A DNA stretch of 64,000 bases from Desulfurococcaceae archaeon (GCA_038816475.1 JAWBAI010000001.1:1-64000), one strand, 5' to 3'. Shown: positions 38,933-48,961, counted from the first letter of the stretch. Numbers and translations: made by a program. The notes: generated from the letters alone by a model not told the origin.

Positions 38933-40168
38933 ATGTTGGTCCCTATTGCTATCAACGAGGCTGTCGATAAACTTGCTAGTGTGCTTGCCGAAACTGTAAA
39001 GCTAGAATCAGAGGAAGTCGATCTTCTAGAAGCTGTTAGCAGGATTCTCGCTGGAGATGTTTACTCGCCTCAAGATCGTCCTAGAACAAATGTGAGCGCT
39101 GTTGATGGTTATGCTGTGAGGTCAATTGATACAGTAGGAGCTTCACCTTACAACCCCATCGAGTTGACCATTAAGTATTATCTGAAACCAGGACAAGATG
39201 CGCGAGGTGTTACTGTGGAGCGGGGGACAGCTGCGCGGGTTTTAACGGGGGCACCCATACCCGAGGAGGCGGATGCTGTAGTTATGGACGAAGATGTAGA
39301 GGTGAGAGATGGAAAGGTTGTTATCTACAAGCAGGTTTCAGAGGGCTCGAACATTGTCTACCGTGGCGAAGATCTCAAACAAGCGGATCTGATCGGATCC
39401 AAAGGTCAAGTGGTAAATCCAGCCATGGTAGGAGCTCTTGCAGCAGTAGGGATCAAGAGTGTCAAGGTGTACCGTAAAGTTAGAGTTGCGCTCATAGCTA
39501 TTGGTGATGAGCTGGTGGAACCAGGATCAAGTGCTACGCTCGGTAAAGACTTCAACTCTACAGTGTACGTTGTCTACTCTCAGATGATCAAGGATTGGAT
39601 CTTTCAGCCTACTTACTACGGAATATTACCCGATGACCCGGTTCTAGTGGAAGAGGCTATCGTAAGGGTGATCGAGAAGGGAGCAGATATGGTTATTACA
39701 ACGGGTGGAACAGGTGTTGGTGAAGGAGATGTGGTAGAGCATGTCATGAAGAAGAATACTGTAGTGTTTAGAGGTGTAAGAATCAGGCCTGGAAGACCTA
39801 CTAGCTGTAGTGTTGTAAGCGGTAAACCGGTTGTTCACCTATCCGGGTTCCCAGTAGCTTCTTGGACGGGGTACGAACTGTTGATTAGACCAGCTGTTCA
39901 AAGATGGCTGGGTATTAAGGGTTTCGAGAGACCAGCAATTAGAGCAACGCTCACGAGACGATTACCAAACGTGGCTGGTTATACTTCACTAGTACGCGTT
40001 CAATTAAGGGAACAGCACGGGGAATTCTATGCTGAACCCTACATGCTGAGAGGAAGCGGTGTTATATCAAGTTTGCTGAGAACCAATGGATACGTGCTGA
40101 TACCAGAGGACCTCGAAGGCTACGAGATTGGATCAAAAGTCACAGTCTATATCCACACCTACTGGTAA
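38933..40168 (+). CDS. moeA: Molybdopterin molybdo/tungsto-transferase MoeA
   Basis: SAVDGYAV, TGAPIPEEADAVVM.E, GEDL, GDELV, TTGGTG and RPGRP motifs. Confidence 0.96.
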   Translation: MLVPIAINEAVDKLASVLAETVKLESEEVDLLEAVSRILAGDVYSPQDRPRTNVSAVDGYAVRSIDTVGASPYNPIELTIKYYLKPGQDARGVTVERGTAARVLTGAPIPEEADAVVMDEDVEVRDGKVVIYKQVSEGSNIVYRGEDLKQADLIGSKGQVVNPAMVGALAAVGIKSVKVYRKVRVALIAIGDELVEPGSSATLGKDFNSTVYVVYSQMIKDWIFQPTYYGILPDDPVLVEEAIVRVIEKGADMVITTGGTGVGEGDVVEHVMKKNTVVFRGVRIRPGRPTSCSVVSGKPVVHLSGFPVASWTGYELLIRPAVQRWLGIKGFERPAIRATLTRRLPNVAGYTSLVRVQLREQHGEFYAEPYMLRGSGVISSLLRTNGYVLIPEDLEGYEIGSKVTVYIHTYW

Positions 40169-40186
40169 AACAACGGTGATCCCTTC

Positions 40187-41176
40187 TTGAAGCTATCCGA
40201 TTTTACGGAAGACATCATCGTTGACAAGATAGCTAAAACACTAGTGGAAAAACCCAGTTGGGGAGAACACCTGTTTTATCCTGAGGACGCAAGAGACGTT
40301 ATACCCAGAGGACCGCGAATAATCTACTCTATTGACGCCTACACTGTTAGATCTCTCAGGCTTCCTTGGCGTAGCTATGCTGATGTAGGTTGGTCTGCTC
40401 TAGTAGGTGCTTTAAGTGATGTTGTCTCCAAAGGCGGCATTCCTCACGCTTGTCTTATAGCTCTAGGCTTAAATCGAGACATGAGCTTGGAGGAGCTTGA
40501 AGACCTGCTGAAAGGCTTCAGAGAGGCAGCAGATTACTATGGTGTAAGGATCTTAGGTGGAGATACGAACGAATCCTTTGAAGCATGGATAGCGGTATCT
40601 GTTCTCGGGTTTACAACAGCAAGAATACCCCCTAGCAGAGGTGGTTTGAAGCCAGGAGATGTGATCATAGCTACAGGAGTGTACGGTGCAACTGGTTTCA
40701 TCGCTAAACACGGTGTAGAGAAGGCCAAAGACGTGAACTGGGTTGTTGAGAAAACTAGAAGACCCAGAATACACGTTGAAGTCGCCCATGTAGTGGAGAA
40801 CTTCTACAAAGCTATAACGGCTAGCATGGACGTAAGCGATGGCTTAGGATACACCCTGCTCACCATGAGTAGACTAAGTGGAAGCGGTATACACCTGAAA
40901 CAGCCACCACGCGTATACAGCGAGCTCTACGAGCTATGTCATGGCGATGACCTTTGCACCCTGAACTACGCTCTTGCTGGAGGAGAAGAGTACGGTGTCG
41001 TATTGGGAGTTAAAAGAGATTCTGTGCAAGCTGTTGTAAACGAGCTGGAGTACTTTGAAATTCCCTATAGTGTTATCGGGGAAGCCGTTGAAACAACCCC
41101 TGGAATATACTTCAATGGTAAAGCTCTGAACGTAGTTAGATATGATCAGTTCCATGGGTGGAGACCTAGTTCTTAA
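40187..41176 (+). CDS. thiL: Thiamine-monophosphate kinase-like (AIR synthase superfamily)
   Basis: ALSDVVSKGG.P, ILGGDTN, SMDVSDGL and GGEEY motifs. Confidence 0.85.
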   Translation: MKLSDFTEDIIVDKIAKTLVEKPSWGEHLFYPEDARDVIPRGPRIIYSIDAYTVRSLRLPWRSYADVGWSALVGALSDVVSKGGIPHACLIALGLNRDMSLEELEDLLKGFREAADYYGVRILGGDTNESFEAWIAVSVLGFTTARIPPSRGGLKPGDVIIATGVYGATGFIAKHGVEKAKDVNWVVEKTRRPRIHVEVAHVVENFYKAITASMDVSDGLGYTLLTMSRLSGSGIHLKQPPRVYSELYELCHGDDLCTLNYALAGGEEYGVVLGVKRDSVQAVVNELEYFEIPYSVIGEAVETTPGIYFNGKALNVVRYDQFHGWRPSS

Positions 41177-41226
41177 AATACACTCTCCTTTCATAGGGTA
41201 ATAGCAATTGAGCAAGGGTAAAACCC

Positions 41227-42405
41227 TTGTACGTAGCACTGTTGCTACTAGCAACAGCTTTGGCTTTACTAAGCGCTCTGGATATACTCACGGATATAAC
41301 AGCTATAACTTTAGCTGGAGTAGGGGCGATCGAGCTTGGTTTACTTAACTCGCTATCCTACGTAGCTTACATTTTATCACTACTACTAGGAGGAAAACGA
41401 TCTGAGAAAGGTTTTAACCGAGCACACGTATTGTACGCTTTTCTATCATTTCTAGCTTATGCGCTATCTATGTACAGCTACATTGTAACAAGAAAGTTCG
41501 CTTTCCTTGCGTTATCCTACTTACTTTACCCGATTCCAACAGCTTATACCAGGATTCTTACACTTACATACATCCAGGATGTTTTCGAGAGTAGATTATG
41601 GAGAAAAGCTCTCCTTGTGAGATTTACAGCGACGTCTACAGTAGAGGCTTTCATATTGACATTTATTCCTCGTGTTTCGGCAATTGGTGTTGAGAAAATG
41701 ACGTTGCTCGTTGTCTTGGTATCCGTGTTAATATATGTGCTGTCTCTAGTGATCATCAAAGAACCTGTGTTCAGAATTGAGAGAATACTGTATAGACTGG
41801 AGTCTGCACTCGAATACCTTGAAGCAAATATTGAACAACTACTAACCTACACGTTTTTAAGTCAGAATTTAACGCATGGCTATAGACTAGCTAAATACTA
41901 CAAGCCAAGGACCAAGCCTCAGGGGCTTGTTATGCTTTCTCTCATAGCTTTTAAGCTTGGATCCACAATTATGCTTGTTCCTATCCCCATTATACTCATG
42001 TCGAAGCTTAATGCGTCCCTCTACACTGTTCTATGGATATACGGTGTATCGAGACTAGTAATATTGACTTCCCTCTTATATGAGGGCCGTGACCGCGTGA
42101 AAGCACTACTATATCTTCTCGAACCTGTCCTTTGGGGTTTAATAATTAACTCGTCTAATCCCTTGCATTCAGGGTTCTTACTAGGGCTAATACTGTACAT
42201 TAATGGTGGAGTAGATGTATCGTTGTACTCACTGTATTTCAAGACAACGAGAGGTAGAAACGCGTTTTTGTATCTTCTCGTGGGAGAATTAGCTGCAGCA
42301 GTCGGGGCAACTGTGTCTGGTTACCTCTACAGCATGCTTGGCCATTGGACCGTAATACTAGTCTTGACATGCGTACTACTAGGTTCTCTAGCTATCTTGA
42401 CATAG
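41227..42405 (+). CDS. MFS-like multi-pass membrane protein
   Basis: About 12 hydrophobic segments in two halves separated by a central hydrophilic loop. Confidence 0.65.
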   Translation: MYVALLLLATALALLSALDILTDITAITLAGVGAIELGLLNSLSYVAYILSLLLGGKRSEKGFNRAHVLYAFLSFLAYALSMYSYIVTRKFAFLALSYLLYPIPTAYTRILTLTYIQDVFESRLWRKALLVRFTATSTVEAFILTFIPRVSAIGVEKMTLLVVLVSVLIYVLSLVIIKEPVFRIERILYRLESALEYLEANIEQLLTYTFLSQNLTHGYRLAKYYKPRTKPQGLVMLSLIAFKLGSTIMLVPIPIILMSKLNASLYTVLWIYGVSRLVILTSLLYEGRDRVKALLYLLEPVLWGLIINSSNPLHSGFLLGLILYINGGVDVSLYSLYFKTTRGRNAFLYLLVGELAAAVGATVSGYLYSMLGHWTVILVLTCVLLGSLAILT

Positions 42406-42424
42406 AAATGAAAACATGCGAACG

Positions 42425-42497
42425 CGGATCAGTGCCCGCTATCTAAGCACTCGCTCATCGCATAATACTCGATCTCCCGGGTTCCTCTTCATCTCCG
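42425..42497 (-). ncRNA. Box C/D guide sRNA candidate
   Basis: Minus strand reads CGGA-GAUGA (C) ... GAACCCGGGAGA - UCGA (D') ... GCGAUGA (C') ... CUGA (D) - UCCG. It has a 4-bp terminal stem CGGA/UCCG and TTAATTA about 25 nt upstream. Confidence 0.7.
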
Positions 42498-42883
42498 AGT
42501 AAACTTAAGTTAAATGACCTAATTAAGCTGGTTCCTTGGAATAAAGCTGAAAACTCCTAAAGATCGCGATTGTAACGAAACCGGATTTTGACCTCAGTAA
42601 ACTCAACGATTCTGCTAGGATCAGCTGAATCAGAATCTCTTAATTGGATAGTGCTAAGGATAGTTACCATATCAGTCCAAGTCAACCATGTAAATGAACC
42701 CGAGTGATCAACCAATTAATGAGCACATGCTCTAAAACTTGTTCAACTACTTAACACACTCCATGTGGTTGCTTTTTCTATTGTTTAACTTCTTAGTTAT
42801 CTTCAAAAGCATAGTGTACCAAAGTACAAAGGTCACGCTTAAAGGAATGATCGATCCCACCCCCGCTCTTCTTACATTCTTTC

Positions 42884-43552
42884 TCAAGTCTTCTTGGTAT
42901 TGTGGAGTATGCAGGTGATCATGTATTTAATCGCGGTGAGAAATCCCTCCTTGTTGTATACCTCTATGAGATTCTCCCAGTTTACCCTATTTCCTGCGAG
43001 TATTAGTAACAATGTAATAAGTAGCATCAAAGGTACGTATACAACAGGAGGCAACCCTGCAACGTCTTCAATAAAGAATCTGAAAGCTACTCCGTATAAT
43101 GCTGCAAGAAGTGTTATAATGATCTTGCCTAGTAGTACTGCTATGAAGAACATAGGTAAACTATACTTTGATAGACCAACAGGTATGTAAACAACATCAT
43201 CTGGTATGGGAAGTGCAGCTGCTAAGAACACGATTAAGAAGGTTGCTCTGCTCATGAAAGTAGACCTACTATAAGTTACTGTTAGGCTTTTCATACCACG
43301 GAAAACTCTTTGAACTTTATTAATTGAAGATACTCCTCTGCCAACAAGATACACAACGAGTTTACCTAGAGTAGCACCTAGAGCTAGAGACATTATTACT
43401 AGTGCTAGTTCGCTACCTCTGTAGTTGGCTATTAAAGGTGCCAGCACTACCAGGTAAGGTACCGTAGAATAGGGTATCGCATTGGAGATGAACGCAATTA
43501 GAAATAATCCAATCAACCCATACGTATGCATAAATTCAGTAAACTCGATCAT
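42884..43552 (-). CDS. VTT/DedA (SNARE-associated) membrane protein
   Basis: GATLGKLVVYLVGR, AALPIPDD..YIPVG and LGK motifs. Confidence 0.88.
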   Translation of the reverse strand: MIEFTEFMHTYGLIGLFLIAFISNAIPYSTVPYLVVLAPLIANYRGSELALVIMSLALGATLGKLVVYLVGRGVSSINKVQRVFRGMKSLTVTYSRSTFMSRATFLIVFLAAALPIPDDVVYIPVGLSKYSLPMFFIAVLLGKIIITLLAALYGVAFRFFIEDVAGLPPVVYVPLMLLITLLLILAGNRVNWENLIEVYNKEGFLTAIKYMITCILHNTKKT

Positions 43553-43603
43553 TCGTCATTCATCCTTCTCTAAGCCAGCGATGCCTAACTCACTACTCCA
43601 TTA

Positions 43604-43631
43604 TTACGATATTTAACTTAATATATCGTAA
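43604..43631. promoter_or_regulatory. Perfect 9-bp inverted repeat TTACGATAT-N10-ATATCGTAA (candidate operator)
   Basis: Directly visible. The spacer is AT-rich/TATA-like and lies about 50-80 nt upstream of the DedA start. Confidence 0.6.
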
Positions 43632-43758
43632 AACCTTCCTTAAGGATACAACACTATAAAGTGTTTTTCAGCGAATGAGCGTCAGGTTGTTGATTGAAGC
43701 ACCGAATCTGCTTATTTTAGTGGTTTTTATGCATACGGAAAGATTGCTACTTTCTCTG

Positions 43759-44775
43759 CTAAGCAAGAACTCTGTATTCCTTGAGCTCTTTGGCAACTGC
43801 TGGATCTGACTTCGATGCTTCAATGGCTTTTTCCAGGTCTTCTCTTTTCATTAGTCCTAGTTGTGCTCTGAAGATGCAAGCTCTGCATAGGGTATGAGAT
43901 GCGGGGTGGCCACATACAGCGCACTTCTTGTAGAAGCTTTTTCTCTTTTCTCCTGCGATGCTTGTGATCTCCATGAGGCTTCTCAGTAGCCCATACTTTG
44001 CCCCGGGGTACTTATCCTCGAGCTCATTTAGCATTTTCCTAATGTAGAACCTTATATTGTACCTTACGTAGGGGCACTGAACAAACTCCGGCTTTACCAG
44101 GTTATTCAGCAGAGCATAAACAGCTACTTCTTTCTCTGGGATTTCGTAGAAAGGTCTTATTCTCTTGACAATATCTTCACCGGTTGTTTGCCTCACCGGT
44201 GTTAGTGCGAATATTCTATCCCAGCTGTTACTGACGAGGTTCATTACGAAGGTTTGAACAATGTCATCTAGGTTGTGAGCAGTTGCTATTACTGTTGCCC
44301 CAATCTCCCTTGCTACGGCGTTCATAACATACCTTCTGAAGACTCCACAGTAGCTACATGGCATGTATGGAAGCTTCCTCTCGAAGCTGATCCTAACGAT
44401 CTCGTCGAGAGATTCGCCAACATAGTCTTTGAAGCTCGCAATTAAGTACTTAACGGACTTGTTCTCAGCGTATCTTAGTAGATTCGGTATTGTATTTTCA
44501 CGGTACCCCTTTATACCCTCGTCTATCAGGAGAGCTGTGATCCCCAGTTTAGGTATACTCTTTTTGAGCTTTAGCATTAAGTGTAGAAGACTCATGGAGT
44601 CTTTACCTCCACTCACAGCTACCAGCACGTGATCATCTTTACTTATCATACCGTACTTTCTAACGGTCTTCCTTACGCGTTTCTCGAAATACTCCATGAA
44701 GTGTGCTCTACAGTAGGCAAGTTTGCTCACTTTATTGTAGTACACTGCTGTTTTATCGCAGAAAGAACACTTCAA
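43759..44775 (-). CDS. ttuA: tRNA 2-thiolation protein TtuA/Ncs6 family
   Basis: CxxC..CxxH zinc finger, PP-loop AVSGGKDS, CSYCGVFRR, TAHNLDD, CPY and a C-terminal zinc finger. Confidence 0.92.
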   Translation of the reverse strand: MKCSFCDKTAVYYNKVSKLAYCRAHFMEYFEKRVRKTVRKYGMISKDDHVLVAVSGGKDSMSLLHLMLKLKKSIPKLGITALLIDEGIKGYRENTIPNLLRYAENKSVKYLIASFKDYVGESLDEIVRISFERKLPYMPCSYCGVFRRYVMNAVAREIGATVIATAHNLDDIVQTFVMNLVSNSWDRIFALTPVRQTTGEDIVKRIRPFYEIPEKEVAVYALLNNLVKPEFVQCPYVRYNIRFYIRKMLNELEDKYPGAKYGLLRSLMEITSIAGEKRKSFYKKCAVCGHPASHTLCRACIFRAQLGLMKREDLEKAIEASKSDPAVAKELKEYRVLA

Positions 44776-44888
44776 CTAGTTTCACCTCTCCGTGAATCTA
44801 TGGTTGTTTTCATCTTCGGCTTTGTTTTACTTCATAGGTTTAAAGTATATTATGCACGTTCACTATTCACGCAACCCCAGGGAGCTTC

Positions 44889-45560
44889 TTGAGGCTTCTC
44901 GCTCTCAGCGATATTCATGAAAGTGAAAGGTATATTCGTAGCCTTGCAAAGGAACTTAATGACATGGGGTTTAAACCGGATGTAGCGCTCGTAGCCGGTG
45001 ACATAACTAGGTTTAAGGGTGTTGACACAGCAAGAAGAATACTGGTTTCTCTTAGAAACACTGTTGGAACTCGCGTGCTTTTCGTACCAGGGAATTGCGA
45101 CTCTCCGCAGCTTCTCAATGTCGACATGCTCGACGTGGACATAATTAATATCCATGCGAAAGCCTACAAACTCGGAGATTACGTGGTCTATGGAGTTGGC
45201 GGCGGAGGTCTCAGCCCCTTCTATACGCCTATAGAGTTCAGCGAAGACGACTTTGAGTCTCTTATAGCAGGAGCGATCCACTACTCCAATGGTAAACTCG
45301 TAATGGTTACGCATGAACCCATACTAGGCTATTTCGACGATGTTAGCGGTGTAAGAATAGGTTCTCAGGTTTTTGCCACGTACCTAGACAAGCTTAAACC
45401 AGTATTGTGGATAACAGGTCATGTTCATGAAAATAGTGGCTGGATTAGAGCGGGTGAAACCACGATCGTGCATCCAGGCCCCTTCATGAAGGGTTTCTAT
45501 GCTATAATAGAGATCAGAGAGGGTAACGTACTTGTTGAAATAAAGCGGTTGGGAAGGTAA
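44889..45560 (+). CDS. Metallophosphoesterase (calcineurin-like)
   Basis: SDIH, AGDIT, VPGNCD, TH and GHVHE motifs. Confidence 0.92.
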   Translation: MRLLALSDIHESERYIRSLAKELNDMGFKPDVALVAGDITRFKGVDTARRILVSLRNTVGTRVLFVPGNCDSPQLLNVDMLDVDIINIHAKAYKLGDYVVYGVGGGGLSPFYTPIEFSEDDFESLIAGAIHYSNGKLVMVTHEPILGYFDDVSGVRIGSQVFATYLDKLKPVLWITGHVHENSGWIRAGETTIVHPGPFMKGFYAIIEIREGNVLVEIKRLGR

Positions 45561-45564
45561 GGAT

Positions 45565-46281
45565 CTAACTCGTTCTATACTCTAGTACATCGCCTCCCCA
45601 CAGTTCAACAGGCTCTGTAGTTCTGAACACTATTTGCCCCTTTTCGTCGTATATGGACAGTAAAGCAATTAACGGTTGTTCTCCGTAAGGTACTTCTACA
45701 ACACATGTGTTGTTTAAGCTAATACACAGTTTTTCACGTACATCGTCTCTAAGAGGTGCAACCCTCACTACGTATTTATCAGGTAATAGCACGAACACGT
45801 GTTCACCTGTTGAGAAACACATGTTCTCACCTGGAATGTACTCCTCTTTACCATTAGGCTTTACCCAGCCGAGTCTAACCTCGCTGAAACCAACTTTACA
45901 ATAGTGAAGCAACCTAATTCTATAGTAGCCTTTCTCTAAACTAATCGAACTCGTGTCCAAGCGTCTTGTAGGAGAGTCTCTCCAGGATTCAAGTAGGAGT
46001 TTTTCGTTTAACCACAGTTTAATGCCGTTGTTTGCGACAACGAAAAACCTATAGCTTCCGCTTTCTTGGACTTTTAGAAAACCCTTGAACTCGACTATGT
46101 AATTCTTCTCGACCCTATCATGAGGTTTACCTATCCAGACGTGATTTATCGATGGTAGTACTTTCTCGGCTAGTGCAGAGCGTTCAAAGTCATCGGTGAA
46201 TGGCTCTTTTAACGAGTAGAAACGTGCAAGAATACCCTGAAAAACACCATGCTTAACTTTTACAAGAGATTTCCCCGGCAT
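45565..46281 (-). CDS. PA14-domain protein, apparently cytoplasmic
   Basis: VEFKGFLKVQESGSYRFFV..NNGIKLWLN...LEKGYYRIRL.Y....VRLGW.KP matches the PA14 beta-sandwich pattern. No signal peptide. Confidence 0.8.
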   Translation of the reverse strand: MPGKSLVKVKHGVFQGILARFYSLKEPFTDDFERSALAEKVLPSINHVWIGKPHDRVEKNYIVEFKGFLKVQESGSYRFFVVANNGIKLWLNEKLLLESWRDSPTRRLDTSSISLEKGYYRIRLLHYCKVGFSEVRLGWVKPNGKEEYIPGENMCFSTGEHVFVLLPDKYVVRVAPLRDDVREKLCISLNNTCVVEVPYGEQPLIALLSIYDEKGQIVFRTTEPVELWGGDVLEYRTS

Positions 46282-46397
46282 CTAAGAGTACCTAGATATA
46301 TCCTTAAAAACTCAGACTAAAAATATACAGAAACGGTGTTTGGGGATGTCATTTAACTACGTATAGAGGGTTCAACGGGTTAAGCCTACTAAAAGCT

Positions 46398-47636
46398 GTG
46401 CGCAAGATTAACATAAGATCCTGGCTGAAACATGTTAACGAAAACATCGTCCTTCTGTGGGATTCTCATGGGTTCTTCGAAGTAAAGCTAGAATGCGTGA
46501 ACGCAAATACTCTGAAAAATCTGAAGTGCGGATCTCTAGTATTAATCAAAGGGTCGTTAACAGGCGTGAACGAGATATGTGTTGAAGAGCTTCAAGTACT
46601 ACATGCACCGTTGGAGGAAGAGTTGCTATGCAAGGAGGGTTTTCCAAGCGACCCGGTGGAGTATACGAAAAAGTACCCTGAATACGTCAAGCATCCACGA
46701 GTTCTGAGATCCATACATGTATACTCAAGTTTACTGAATTACACTAGGTTGTTTTTGCTTAAACAAGGGTTTATAGAGCTCCCGCCTCCAATAGTCGGGT
46801 ACTCGAGCGACCCAGGACTTAGAGGTGCTCGAAAAGTTCAAATAGAAATGTACAACGGACTATTCGAGCTACAGAGCAGTCTAATAATGTACAAGCAACT
46901 ATACGCCAGTGTTCTGGACAGAATATTCTACGTTGCAAGAAACATAAGAATAGAGCCAGCCGAGAATGCTCTCACGGGAAGGCATCTCGTTGAGTTTACC
47001 CAAGTAGACGTGGAAATGGCTGATGTATCAAGCAATGTTGCAATGAGCTTAGCTGAGAAAACGGTATACAGCACTGTACGACGCGCTCTCAACGAACTAC
47101 TTGAACTACTCGAGTACAGCGAGATCAGGAGGCTTGAGAGAGAGATCACAAAACCTCCGTATCCGCGACTAACTTACGATGAAGCGGTAAACGAGCTTTT
47201 GAAGATGGGAGTGCAGATAAAACACGGCGAAGAGCTACCATTCGAAGCGGAAGCCCTCATAGCCAACAAATATGCTACACCTGTTTGGATTGAGCGATTT
47301 CCAGTAAAAGCCAGGGGATTCTACTACCTGGAAGACCCCGATCATCCAGGATACAACATAGACTACAACCTACTTTTCCCAGGGGGGCATGGTGAAGTGC
47401 TTGATGGTGGTTGTAGAGAGTATAGGTACGAGAAGCTCTCGAGGAAAATCAAAGAAGTACACAAAGAACCTCTCGAGAAGTACTTCTGGTTTCTCGAGCT
47501 CGCTGAGAAAGGCTTGATAAGACCAACCTGTGGATGGGGTCTTGGAATGGAGAGATTCGTAAAGTATATACTGAACTTAGAGCACATAGCTTACGCTACA
47601 CCTCATCCTAGACTACCGGGGGTCATAGGACCCTAA
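46398..47636 (+). CDS. asnA: AsnRS-paralog, probable archaeal asparagine synthetase A
   Basis: Class II motifs (NIRIE, GRHLVEFTQVD.E, GWGLGMERF) with SSDPG and SSLIMYKQ typical of AsnRS-related asparagine synthetases. Confidence 0.75.
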   Translation: MRKINIRSWLKHVNENIVLLWDSHGFFEVKLECVNANTLKNLKCGSLVLIKGSLTGVNEICVEELQVLHAPLEEELLCKEGFPSDPVEYTKKYPEYVKHPRVLRSIHVYSSLLNYTRLFLLKQGFIELPPPIVGYSSDPGLRGARKVQIEMYNGLFELQSSLIMYKQLYASVLDRIFYVARNIRIEPAENALTGRHLVEFTQVDVEMADVSSNVAMSLAEKTVYSTVRRALNELLELLEYSEIRRLEREITKPPYPRLTYDEAVNELLKMGVQIKHGEELPFEAEALIANKYATPVWIERFPVKARGFYYLEDPDHPGYNIDYNLLFPGGHGEVLDGGCREYRYEKLSRKIKEVHKEPLEKYFWFLELAEKGLIRPTCGWGLGMERFVKYILNLEHIAYATPHPRLPGVIGP

Positions 47637-47680
47637 ACACGACAGGTCAAGTATTAATAGGACTACAGTACTACTAGACT

Positions 47681-48961
47681 GTGGTGTTGTTATTGTTCGA
47701 TCCCGAGGAGATCAGAAAGGACTTCCCTATATTTAATCGAACTATTAACGGTAAAAAGCTTGTTTACTTTGACAATGCTGCTACTACTCAGAAGCCTGTG
47801 CAGGTTATAAAAGTCATTGAGGAATTCTACTCGAAGCACAATGCGAATATTCACAGAGGATTACACACTTTAAGTCAAGAAGCAAGTCAAATGTACGAGG
47901 AAGCGCACGAGATCATTGCAAAGTTCGTGAACGCGAAGTCTTGGAGAGAAATCGTATTCGTCAATAACACAACAGAAGCTATTAATACCGTAGCCTACGG
48001 TTGGGCTCTCTGGAATCTCCATGAAGGTGACGAGATCGTAGTCACGATAATGGATCACCATAGCAACATTCTACCCTGGAGACTCGTAGCCCAGCTTAAA
48101 AAAGCAAAAGTCATTTACGTCGATATAACCAGCGACGGGTACCTTAGGTACGATCAGCTGGTAGAGCTCGTAACACCTCGTACTAGGATCGTAGCATTTC
48201 CTATAGCAAGCAATGTTCTCGGAACAGTTAACGATGCGAGAAAGATAGCTAGAGTAGCACACGAAGTTGGAGCTATAGCGGTAGCTGATGGTGCTCAAAG
48301 TGTTCCGCACATGCCAACTAACGTGAAAGAACTTGAAGTGGACTTCCTAGCTTTCAGTGGCCACAAAATGCTTGGTCCAACTGGAATAGGAGTTCTATGG
48401 GGACGCGAGGACATACTCGAGGAAATGAAACCTTTCAAAGTCGGTGGAGACACCATAAAAGATGTTACCGTAGATTACGTAGTATGGCACGATCTCCCGT
48501 GGAGATTCGAAGCTGGTACACCTAATATAGCAGGAGGTATTGGCTTAGGAGAAGCAGCCAAATACCTCATGAGAATTGGAATGGAAAACGTACGTGAACA
48601 TGAGAAATCCCTTGTTGCATACACTCTAAAGAGATTCGAAGAACTACTTGGGGAATTAGAGTACTATGGTCCTAGAAACCCCGAGGACAAAACAGCTGTA
48701 ATAGCGTTCAACATTAAAGGGCTAAACCATCACACGGTTGGTATGGCTTTAGACCTATTTGGAGTAGCGGTGAGAACAGGAATGCACTGTGCTCACCCGC
48801 TTCACTATAGGTTAGGATTAGCAGGAACCGTGAGAGCAAGTTACTACATCTACAATACACACGAGGAAGTAGATTACTTCATTGAAGCCCTTGAAAAAAT
48901 CATTCAGCTGAAAGAGTCTCTAAGTAAGGAAAAACCGAGCATTATATGTCCAGGAACATGA
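47681..48961 (+). CDS. sufS: Cysteine desulfurase, SufS family
   Basis: YFDNAATTQKP, ANIHRG, DGAQSVPH, FSGHKMLGPTGIG, FEAGTP and RTGMHCA motifs. Confidence 0.95.
   Translation: MVLLLFDPEEIRKDFPIFNRTINGKKLVYFDNAATTQKPVQVIKVIEEFYSKHNANIHRGLHTLSQEASQMYEEAHEIIAKFVNAKSWREIVFVNNTTEAINTVAYGWALWNLHEGDEIVVTIMDHHSNILPWRLVAQLKKAKVIYVDITSDGYLRYDQLVELVTPRTRIVAFPIASNVLGTVNDARKIARVAHEVGAIAVADGAQSVPHMPTNVKELEVDFLAFSGHKMLGPTGIGVLWGREDILEEMKPFKVGGDTIKDVTVDYVVWHDLPWRFEAGTPNIAGGIGLGEAAKYLMRIGMENVREHEKSLVAYTLKRFEELLGELEYYGPRNPEDKTAVIAFNIKGLNHHTVGMALDLFGVAVRTGMHCAHPLHYRLGLAGTVRASYYIYNTHEEVDYFIEALEKIIQLKESLSKEKPSIICPGT

Noticed and set aside
44785-44840. Possible C/D sRNA upstream of ttuA (CCGA, AGAUGA and CGGA on the minus strand)
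   Set aside because: Box C is poor (CCUAUGA), box D is non-canonical and the guides are low-complexity and A-rich.
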